From positions 1 to 55,830 of the IMG/VR virus record IMGVR_UViG_3300030102_001765: DNA of 55,830 bases, one strand, 5' to 3'. The notes under the pieces were generated by a model, which was not told the DNA's origin, did no database searches, and saw only the letters and a program-made list of their open reading frames with translations. Below, one piece after another: positions 27,261 through 38,400 of the stretch. The translations under genes were made by a program, and so were the position numbers. Positions within the stretch are counted from its first letter, which is position 1; each line of letters opens with the position of its first letter. The DNA comes from a virus. Taxonomy: Duplodnaviria > Caudoviricetes.

Positions 27261-29357
27261 ATGGTAGATTTTGTAGGATTCGGGACTGGCTATAACAAGC
27301 AAATGAACTCAGACGAACGTAGACGTCTTGAGTTGGCTAAAGCTTTTAACGAATTTAGGCAGTCAAACCCATACGCTTCGCCTATGGAAATGCAGTCTTT
27401 TGTAGACCAAGCTGCTGCTGGCAGAAACTATCTTGCTGGTGGTATGCCTAGTGCAGACGTTTTGAATATTATTGGCAAGCGTAATGCTGAAGCACTGCAA
27501 GCTAAAAAAGATGCAGACGCAAGGGCTGCTGCTACAAACAAATTAAATCTATTCAACACACAGCTTAACATGGGTGATGCTTTAGCTCGTGGTTTTACAG
27601 GAGAGATTTTTACAGAAGACGAGGAAGCAAACAGGATTTTTACTGACGAATACAAAAATTATTTAAAAGACATAGAAGAACAGAGTGGTGTTGATTTTAG
27701 TGAGATACTTACGCCAGACAGAATTAGAAAAGTAAGAGAAGACAGAACGATTAGTTTGGTTCCTAAAGTTGTAGATTATATTCGTACAACTGATGGAGAG
27801 GTTAACGTGGAAGATGCAGCCAAAGCCCTTGGTGTTCCTAAGTTTTTGATTAATAGCGTTGTTCAGCGTGTAAAAACACAGCTATCGAGGGAAAGTGCTG
27901 ATTATTTATACAACAAAAAGAAAGACCTTCTTGCCCAGATTAGACCAATTATGGAAGAGGGACGTGATGTTAATGAAGCGTTTGAAGCTTTTAAAACAGA
28001 CGCAATAAACTTTGGGATAGACCAATCTGAAGTAAACAAAGTCCTTGCAGAAATGAAGAAAGAATCTGACAGGATTAGAAAAAAAATTGATGAGGATAGA
28101 CTTTACGACAAAAACAAAAGAGTGCAAGAAGTTAAGATTGCGTTCGCTAATGATGTTCAGCAAGTACCTCAAGTCAAAGTGGCTATTGCACGAGGGGATA
28201 TTAATGCAGCCAAAGAATTTATGGAAGAGTATCTTCTAAATAATTACACAACTCTTAGTGACGACGAAAAGACAGCAATAAAAGAAACTTTTAACAGCAT
28301 CGTTAAAGGGTTAACGATAGAAGCTCAGTACAACCAAGACACTCTACATAACGAAAAGAAATCAAAAGCCGACATAGCTGTAGCTGGCGTACCAGCAGCA
28401 GTTCTGAAGAAAAGCCAAGACTCTGCTTTCACCTTCTTTACAGGTGGTGAAAAAAACAAAATCAATCCAGCAACTTCTGGGGAAGCTACTGCTGCACCCG
28501 CTGTTGCAGCCGAACTAGCGAAGAAATATGACCTAAGTAATTCATATACATTATCATTGTTGTCTGACTATTTTAAGAGAGTTGGCAAAGATGAAGGCAA
28601 TGATTACAACGCCTTGCTCGCTGGAGCAAATGCAATCCTTGAGAACACACGTGGCGTAACAACGATTGAACAAGCTACTGAGTACACGCAAGACCTTACC
28701 AGAAAACAGCTTGGCGACTTTGACGGAGACCAGACTTTTGAAAACTGGTTCACTAACGAGAAGACACAGTACAATAAAAAGTTTGAAGAAGCCAAAGCTG
28801 CACTAACCAGTGCATTACAAGAGACTGACGCAACTGCGAAGCTTAGAGCCCTTAGAGGTGTTGCTGCTGGTCTTAATCAACTACAACAAGTTACTGCCGA
28901 AAGCTTTAGAACTGCATTTAGATATGCTCAAGGTAAAGACAGGTGGATTACTGCTGGAACCCCTGGCTGGAATAGAACAACCGTAGAAGGATGGCAGAAT
29001 GGCATCAATACTGAGAAAGATGCTTTAATGAAGCAAATCACAGAGCAGATTGCCATTGCTGAAAGACAAGTACAAAACACACCAACCTCACCTACTCTTG
29101 TTGATAATATAACTAGCCAAGAAAAGACTCTTAGAGACTCTAACATTCCTACTGTTATAGCAAGGCAGCAAGGACAGAGACAAAAAATGGTTAAGCAATT
29201 TATGGATATACGAAACATAAAACGAGATATAATTAACAAGCTAGATTCAAGCCAGTATCAAGAGTTTCAACAAGACCCTGTGTCCTTTATCAAGCGATAC
29301 TACAACACCTATTATTCTCAATGGATAACACAAAACAATAACGGGGATGACTTATAG
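27261..29357 (+). CDS. Internal virion/ejection protein
   Basis: 698-aa helical protein in the ejectosome position. Confidence 0.6.
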   Translation: MVDFVGFGTGYNKQMNSDERRRLELAKAFNEFRQSNPYASPMEMQSFVDQAAAGRNYLAGGMPSADVLNIIGKRNAEALQAKKDADARAAATNKLNLFNTQLNMGDALARGFTGEIFTEDEEANRIFTDEYKNYLKDIEEQSGVDFSEILTPDRIRKVREDRTISLVPKVVDYIRTTDGEVNVEDAAKALGVPKFLINSVVQRVKTQLSRESADYLYNKKKDLLAQIRPIMEEGRDVNEAFEAFKTDAINFGIDQSEVNKVLAEMKKESDRIRKKIDEDRLYDKNKRVQEVKIAFANDVQQVPQVKVAIARGDINAAKEFMEEYLLNNYTTLSDDEKTAIKETFNSIVKGLTIEAQYNQDTLHNEKKSKADIAVAGVPAAVLKKSQDSAFTFFTGGEKNKINPATSGEATAAPAVAAELAKKYDLSNSYTLSLLSDYFKRVGKDEGNDYNALLAGANAILENTRGVTTIEQATEYTQDLTRKQLGDFDGDQTFENWFTNEKTQYNKKFEEAKAALTSALQETDATAKLRALRGVAAGLNQLQQVTAESFRTAFRYAQGKDRWITAGTPGWNRTTVEGWQNGINTEKDALMKQITEQIAIAERQVQNTPTSPTLVDNITSQEKTLRDSNIPTVIARQQGQRQKMVKQFMDIRNIKRDIINKLDSSQYQEFQQDPVSFIKRYYNTYYSQWITQNNNGDDL

Positions 29358-29387
29358 GACGACTGTAATACAGCAATAATATAAATT
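29357..29387 (+). promoter_or_regulatory. GGACGAC-N18-TAAATT putative late promoter (giant protein and lysis genes)
   Basis: Recurrent motif overlapping the upstream TAG. Confidence 0.7.
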
Positions 29388-29414
29388 AACCCTATCGGAT
29401 AACTGGAGTACCGA

Positions 29415-32400
29415 ATGGCAAACCAAACAAACTATGACGGCATATCATTTGCACCACAAGAAGAGGGTGCAACAGACGTAGGATACCTTAACGTATCCCC
29501 CGACCAAATCACAAAAGACCCACGATTCCTTACAGATTTGCGTAAATATTACGCAGACTACGGAAAATATTTTTCTACAGACCAAGAATACCTAGACGAG
29601 TTTTACGAAGACGCCACTTGGCGAGACCTTAACACTGCTGGTGCGGTGATTGGTGCTACCTATACTGCTGGCGAAAGCAAAGAAACACGAGCAAGAGCAA
29701 AACGTCTTGAGCAAGCATGGCGTCAGCTTCCAATGTTTTGGCAAGAAGGTGGTCGAGGCTTTGCTTCTGCTGCCCCTGACATTGCAAAAGCTATTATTCT
29801 TGACCCAGTAAACCTTATTCCAGTTGTTGGTGCATACGGGAAAGCTGCAAATGTAGCCAAAGCAGCATACCTAGCTGGCACAGCTGGAAGAGAGGCGACA
29901 AAAGCTGGAATTAAGTCTGGTATTATTACTGCTGGTGTTCAAGAGGCTGGAATCGGTGCGCTTGCAGAAGGTGTAATCAGCACAGCAAATCAAATCAGAG
30001 ATGTACAGCTTGGCTTAGAAGACGAAGTAAGTCTTGGTCGAGTTGCAAAAGACGCAGTTATTGGCGGTGCTACTGGTGGAATTATTGGTGGTGGTGTTCT
30101 TGGCCCAGTACCAGCGTTTATTGGTGCAAGACGTGGAGTCAATAGAACAGCAGCACAGGTAGACGAACTCACAGGCAAAGGTCTTACAGGTCAGCAGATT
30201 GCAGACACTGTAGCAGCACGTGGTGTTACTGGTTTTGATGAACTTGTTGAAGCGTCAAAAGATACTGATGCCTTTCTTGGCCCACCAGAAACAACAGAAA
30301 CAACAACAGCCACAGAGTCACCTACAGCTGAGATTGATGAGAAAATCAATCAAATCAAAACTTTTTACAAAGAAGAGCAAGACCTACTCGATAGTCAGCT
30401 AGACGACGGCGTAGACCCAGACATTGTTGCAGAAACAGAAGTAAACCTAAACGAACTAGCTGCACTTAGAGAGTTTGGCGAAAACCTAAAAGCAGAACAA
30501 ATAGAAATTAGCAAGCTTGAAGCCTCAAACAATCCTAACTTGAGGGCTCAAGCTCAGAAGCGTCGTGCAATCTTTGAAAGAAACTACTCAAAGTTTAGAC
30601 GAGCAACAAAGGGCGGTCTCAATCTATCTGAAATCAACGAGATTCTTGAGCAGTATAGAGCAAAGCCAAGCGACACTGCTGACGCAAACCCAGTAGAAAC
30701 AGAAACAACAACCACTGAAGCTACTGGAGAAGGCACTACAACCACAGAAGCAGCACCCGAAGGACGTACAGAAGGTACAGCTCCAGAGGCTGATGCTACT
30801 GCAACCGAAACTGTACCAGCAGACGAGACTGTTACAGCTACTGTCGAAGTTAAATTCGATGACATGCCCTTCAGAAACGAAGCGCAGAAAACAAAAATAC
30901 AATCAAGGTTTAACGAAGAATACACCCAAGAACAGTTTGAAGCTGACTTTGCAGCTGGGAAAATTTCTGTTGGTAGGGATGGTAAGTTTACACGAGACAC
31001 TGTTGGCGAGGTAACAGCAAGCGCATCATTGGCTAGGGACAGAAAAGCGTTCACAGAAATGATGGACTCAAAAAAACCTGAACCAAATGAAACTACAGTT
31101 ACAGCAGAACCAGAAGCTAAGACAGACGAAATTATTATTGATAGCGAGTCACGAGGTAGGGCTCTAGCAGCTGGTCTCGACCCGAAAGATATTCCAGCAG
31201 CGGAGGCATCTGCTTCTGGGCGTATTACAAAACGACAAGTAAACAAAGCAATCAATGCTGCAAAGAACAAACCAAAATCGTCTTATGCGCAACAAGTGAA
31301 AAGAGATTTGGACACGCTTCTTGAAACTATTGGAGAGGACATTGACGTAGACGAGAACAGTCTTAGAGCTTTGATTAGGGTTATGTCCCAGGACAAAGCT
31401 GCTTACAGGTCTGACCCAGACGACATCTTGGCATTGTTTGATGAGTTCAACAAAAGCGGTATGGCTACAGGCGATAAAGCTTTTACAAAAACAGAACTCA
31501 AAAAGATACGTCAACTCGTTAGAAAGATTCGAGACCCTAAAGAGGGTAACCCTGAGTTTTCAAAAGAAACAGCACAGATACTTGCAGAGAGACAAGTTCT
31601 CAACGCAAGAGACAATCCTGAGACACAGACTGAATCACTCGTTCGTTCTGTTCAAAAGTCTATCGACAACAAAAGCATTTACGAAACTGCTGGTAGAGAT
31701 ACACGTGGACGTATCCAAGCTATGCTTCGTAAGAGTTCAGTAAACGTAAAGCCAAACGAGTTTGCAAAAGAAGAAGCTATTATCAAAGCAACATCTGGCA
31801 AAGGGCCAGATGTCGTTAAGTATATCTCTGGTGGCGAAACAGCTATAGGCCCAGATGGAAGAAAAGTTCGTGTAAAAGCTGGCACTACTTTGTTTGCAGA
31901 CGGCGTAACAAAGAGAAGCTTTGTAAGCTACGAATACCTGATGAAAACACGTGGTGTGAACATCGGTAAGAAATCAACAAAGAAAGTGAAACAGCCTACA
32001 GACGAAACACCAACAATTACTAACGAGGTTGTTCAGAAGCTTGTTGCTGATTTACAGGCTGACGGAGATACAGACAAGTTTATTAGAACTGTAAAAGCAC
32101 TTCAAAAGAAAGGTGCTGGTGTACCTGAAGAGCCTTCAGCAACTGTAGACGTACCAACAACAAGTGCTGGTAAAAAACTAATTGTTCGCTCAAAGAACAA
32201 TGCTGCTGACGTTCGTATGATTAGCCAAAAGCAAATCAGCGAAGGCAAAGGCATAGAAGCTATTATCGGTCAAAAAGGTGGGCCTAACTCAAACCCAGCA
32301 AACTGGGAAATTAAGTACGCACCTTTTGATGCAGAAGCCAAGACGTTACGTGCAAGACAAGAGTTGTTTGAAAGCTTACCTTCTGGTGAAGTCCCAGGGC

Positions 32401-35400
32401 AAACACGTGAAGACGTTATCAAAAAGCCTATGGATGAAGCTGATTTTAATGAAAAAGAACTTGAGCTAAGTGAAGCAGAAGTAGCCATTGTAAACAATAT
32501 CCTTGGTGATATGGGTTTCCGTGGAGCCAATGGGCTAAAGGGAAATGCCATCACTGGCAGAACCTTAATGGTTATGGAAGATAAGCTCAGTATGGGGGGC
32601 TGGCCTGTAAAAGAAAGTGCAATGGATGCACGTATTGAGCAGATAGCTTTCCTTGAAAACCTTATGGCTAAGATTGCACCTGATGGTGTAAACAAGCCTG
32701 TTCAAACAAGGGCAGAAGCAAAGCTGGCTATAGAGAATATCTTTGCTGGTCACTCATCAGAAGAGATTGCTGGGGCTAAAAGACTTATTGATATGCTTGG
32801 AGGAGACCCAGACAAGGCTCCTCTAATCAGAGGCAAGACGACAGATACTATCGGGGCATACAGAGGTTATTACACACAAAGAGATAACGCTGTAACCATG
32901 AGGACTGGTCAGGGTCGTGGCACTGATATGACTCAGCTTACTCCCACAATAAACGTTTTGTACCATGAGGTTGGTCACTGGGCTTACAGAAACATTCTGA
33001 CACCAGAAGACAGGGCTCAGTTTTGGAATATAGCTAAGACACACTACAAGGGAGGTCGTGTAGATTCTGGTTCTATAGATGAGTCACGTTACCTTCAGAA
33101 CCAAACAATTAGCAAAGAAGGTCGACCTGACTATGTTGTGAGGCAACCTACAAGCCCACAAGAATACTTTGCAGAGCAGTTTGAAATGTGGGTCTCTCGA
33201 AAGAAAGCCTCACCAGACTTGGCTACAGAGAAGTTTTGGCAAAGGATTGCTACGTACGTCAAAGGTATCTTTGACAGGTACTACTATGGCGCTGAACTAA
33301 ACCCAGACCTAGAGCCTATCTTCGCTAAAATTATTCCTGACGTAGAAGAAGAAGTTACATTCCGTCTTGGCGTTGATGGTGAACCCAAAAAAGAAATTGG
33401 AAAACATATACAAAAACGTCTCGTACAGCTGCAAATTGTAAAAGAAGACATTGAAAGCGCAATCGGACGTGATAGCCCAGAAGCTATTGTAGAGGCTCAT
33501 AAAGAACTACAACTTCTTTTATTGCAGATGGTTCCAAATTCTAAAGTGGTAGCACGAGATGGGGCAGACGCTGCTATATTCTCTCCACTGAGAAAAGGTG
33601 CAGCTGGCAGAAGAGGCATGGTCAAACTTATTCGTGACCGAATCAACAACTACGATGAAATGATTGACGGAAGACAGTACGGCACAGACGACGGGTTTGA
33701 TGTTCGTAATTATGGCGACTTCTCTACCCAGGCAGACTTAGAAAAAGTTGCAGAACAACTTAAAGACTTTTACTACAACGGGTACGCTGGGACTTTCAAG
33801 CCAGCGCAAGGATTGCCTCCATCAGTAAAAGTAGAAAATATAGGGAACAGACGTTCGTCTACGCAAAACCTTATTGGCATGATTGATAAGCAGCTTAACG
33901 CTGTGTATCAACAAAAAGAAGGCACAACTAATCTTATTGGTGGTTCTAAGCCAGATATGGCTAACAAGCCTCCAGTACGTTCAAATGGTAAAGTTCAGCC
34001 AAGTAAGACAGCCAAGAACACAAAGATTAAGAACGAAAGAATCAAGGAGCAAACCCTTAACGAAGCTGTGCAAGTTGCAAAAACAAAGAAGAACAGCAGA
34101 GCAAGGGTTACTGCAAAGAATACACCAGCAATCAATCAGAACTCAGCCGAATCAGTTAAGGGTAAGAAGCTTAACGATTTGCTTGCCTTGTTTAGAAAGC
34201 ACAAAGGCACAGAGTATGGTGACCAAATTGGTGTAGAGATTGTAAACAAAATTAAATCTCAGCCAGCACCAGCCAAGCAAGTACGTGTTTCACGTGAAAC
34301 ATTTAAGCTAAGTGGTGACGCTCTTGAGTCAGAACTGCTAGACGCTCTGCATGTAGGTGACAAAGCTAGGGTAGATGAAGCCTATGCTGAAGTCGTACGA
34401 CGTGCAAACAACAAGCGTGCAAAGTCGCAAGGTGGTGCAGCTATACTGAAGCCTAAGTTTAAAAAGGCAAAGATGGCTATTGCCACAGAGATAGCTCACA
34501 ACAAAGGTGTCATTAGAAACGACGGCATACCTTCTGCTGCTCGTGCTTCTGTAAGAGAGATGTTGTCTTACATCACGCACAGAGACACAGAGATGCAACA
34601 GGTCAGCAGAACTATTGCATACAGGATGATGAACATTCTTAACAAGTCATCCTATGGCACTATGCAAAACGCCAACAGGATTACTATGGACATCATGGCT
34701 CGTCTTGGCAGAGGAGACTATGCTGTAACTGGCGATGGTGCTTTTGGAAACTACAACCTTCCAGATTTTAAGAATTTTAGGAACACAGTAAGACGATTAG
34801 CTACAGCTTTGAACAAAGGCGAAGACGTAGACAGCGGTATTACAGAACTAAACAAAATGGTTATTCGTTCTGGTGCGTTGCCACAAGACGAGATGGATGT
34901 AATCAGGGCTGCTTACGATGCTCTCGATGACACAGCAAAAGCTCAAGTCATTGCCAAGCATGGAAGTAAGTACGAAGGTTACTACTCCATGACTAGAGAT
35001 GAGATGCTAGCTAATGAATGGTTTGGAGATTCCATATCACGCTACATGAAAGAAGACATTACCCGTGAGGACATTCTCGAACTAAGCATATCTGGCGACA
35101 CACAAAACATAGCTAACATTGCCGTTCTCGACAGAGCAATCGACAGAACCATAGAGTATTCTTCTTACATTGCTAATGGTCAGATTGGTCGACAAGACGT
35201 TAAGAACGCTTACAGACGTGTATCCATGTATGGCGACATGTTTGAAGACAATGCTGCTCGACCACTGGCGGGTTCACTAGAGGGTAAGTATCTTACGCAC
35301 CCAAGTTATGCAGCTGATTATGCACATGACAGCTTCATGTCTATGTCAAAAGACAAGAAGACAAAGATTCTTAGGTTTGTAAAAGGTGGATACGGCTTTG

Positions 35401-38400
35401 ATGAGCCAAACCAAATGCCACTGTTCTTCTATCACGGGACACCACGTGGTAACAAACTAAAGAAAGCAAACAATCCAAACGTGCAAATGCGTCCGTCTGA
35501 GATTGGACTGTACGGCCCTGGCATTTACGTAACAGAAAATCCTTTTGTTGCATCACAAATGTACGCAAGGACACCAACGTTCAATGCAATGGTTGATGCG
35601 ATAGATGAGTCAAACCTTTCAGACATTATCAAAGAAGATTTGCACTGGGATGCTTACGAGCTAACACAGGTAAGACGTGATATTGGCAAGCTAAGACGAC
35701 AGTATGCGTCTTTGCAGCCAGATGCTTACTTGCAGCGGGAGATTGCAGACGAGAGAGTTCTTGTTAAAGAACAGCTAGACGAACTCATACAGGTTGAGCG
35801 TGGTCTAGTAGAAAACATGAAAAAGAATGGCATGGAGTTTGAGTCTGATGTCTTGCCTACAGTTATCAAACTAGATAGCCCAGCAGACTTCAGAGCAACA
35901 AGCGTATATCAGTCTGAAGACGACCCGTTCTTGCAAGCTCTCATGGCAAAGTTTAACGAAGAAGACGTCCCAGCAGAGATGATTTCTTCTCTTAGTATGC
36001 GAGGTGTAGATGGTAGAGCGTTTGGCCCAAGAACTGGAGAAGACATTTATAACTCTGTTATTGATGCTTTTGTTCGCTTCGGTGGTAGAAGTAAGACAGG
36101 CGCTCAAGCAGAATTTAACAATATGTTACAAGAGATGGGATATGATGGTCTCTTAACTACACACAGAAATAGCTTGAATGATGGAGATGAGTTCGTCGAA
36201 GTAAACAGAACTTACGGCGCTTCAAGTATTCAACACGAAACAGCTGTTCTGTTTAACTCAAATCAAATTAAACACATCGACGCAGATGAGTTTAATGATA
36301 TGGAGTACGGCATCTATGCACAAACTACAGGCAACCCAATTCCAAAAGGTGCTGTGGGAAGCATGGCAAGAGGCCTTCAAGACGGAGACTTCAACAGCAT
36401 AAACGACATTCCTGTTGGTGAGTTTGGAGAGCTACTAGAATCAGCTGGTGGTGACCCGAACTATGTCGGCGCTCTTATGTCTCTTATGAGAAAGAGAACG
36501 CTTACACCAGCCGAAGAAGAAACAATTAGAAAGTCTAGCCCTGTTGGTTTCCTTAAATCACAGTCTAACAATTTAAGAGATATGGGTGCTAGGTGGCTGG
36601 GTGATTGGTATGAAAACCATTTCCCTAATCTAAACCAACGCTTTGCTGGAATATACTTCCCAATCCAGAAAGCAATGAGAGACTTGCCTGACTCTGACGG
36701 AAGCTTGAAAAGATACTTCAAGAAGTCTGTAAATGTTGGCACAAAAATTACAGACAAGATTGCAGAGCAACCAAAATCTCATGCCAAGATTGTAAAAGCC
36801 TTACGTTATGGAGATGGAAGCCGTCACGAGACAGCTCTTACCGACCAAGAACGTGTTGTTTACAGGCAAATTAGGGGTGCTTTTGAGGCAGAAAGACAAG
36901 CCATGCTAGATGCTGGTTTGATGGTTGGTTATAGACAAAACTATTTCCCACAAGTTTGGAACGCAAAAGCCATTGGTAAGGACAGGGATAAGTTCGTCGA
37001 AGTTCTGCAACGGTACTACAACAAAGATGCGCTTCTAAATGGAAGAACACCTACAGACGCAGAAGCAAAAGACTTTGCTGAAGGCGTGATGATGAAGCTT
37101 GTAGATGATGAGGACGGTGCAGACGGAACATTCATTCCAGTAAAGGGTACAACAAGGAGCCCAACATTCGACAACGTTGATTACTCAAGGGTTCTTGAGC
37201 TTGATAGACCAGAGTTTATTGACGAGCTTCGAGACCTAGAGAAGTATTTAGAGAGCGACCTCGATGCTTTGCTGGTTAAATACTTTGAGGGTAGTTCAAG
37301 AAAGATGACGCATGTAGACGAGCTTGGTATCAACAGCCACGCTGTTTACGATTACATGCAAGTAGCTGAAGAAGGCATACAAGGAATTGCAAAGCTTCTA
37401 TCAACAAACAAACAGTTTAGGTTTGATAGGAGTGCAACAAACGCATCTGGCATGAGAGAAACATTTACTCTGCAAGACGTAATACGTATGCCGTTTGCAA
37501 ACAGTGATGCTGAAGCTCTTAAGTTTGCAGAGCAGTTAGTGAATACGCACAATGGTGCTGGCGCTCCAGCTGCAAGACAACTTCTTTATTCTGTGGCTCC
37601 AATAGACCCACGCACTGGCAGAATGAACCAGACATATAAGAGACGTGCTGATGCAATCGTGCATGCTCTTGATGACTTCAAAGGCAAAACAGGAGTGTTG
37701 CAACCACAAGACTATGACTTTATCGAACGTTCTTTAAAGCCTGTTATGAAGAAGCCCCTAACAACTATGGGAGGCAAAGCAATACAAACAGCCTCAAGGA
37801 ATGTAAGATTCTTTAACAACATCACGTTGCTTTCATATACAACTCTTACATCTCTTGGTGACTTAATGTTACCAATCATCCGTTCTGGAAGCATGAAGTC
37901 TTGGATGAAAGGAATGTACAGCTTGAGAGATGCTGAGATGAGGCAAGCGATTAGAAACACAGGCGTTGCTATGGAGAACATCATTCACGAAAGAATGATT
38001 CATCTGTATGGCGCACCTGATGGCAAGGCATCACACGCTTTCTTTAATGCCACGTTGCTTACAGACTGGACTGATATGAACAGACAGATAGCAGCAGCAA
38101 CTGGTTACAACTATTTTCAAGCGATGCAGACGAAAGCATTTAACAACTTCAAAGAAGGCGTGCCTTACGCACAGCAACCAGCATCATACAAAACTGCACA
38201 CAGAGCTTTGAAGATGTATGGTCTTGAGATGTATTTGCCTGGGGCAGAAGTGAACCCAAAATCTCTTGGCGATAAAAACGTCTTGCAAGACAAGCATGTT
38301 AAGATGGCTATGATTAGATTCGCTGATGATTCTATCTTCCAGCCTAATGCAGACGACGTACCAATGTGGGCTCAAACACCAATAGGTGCAGTTGTATTCC

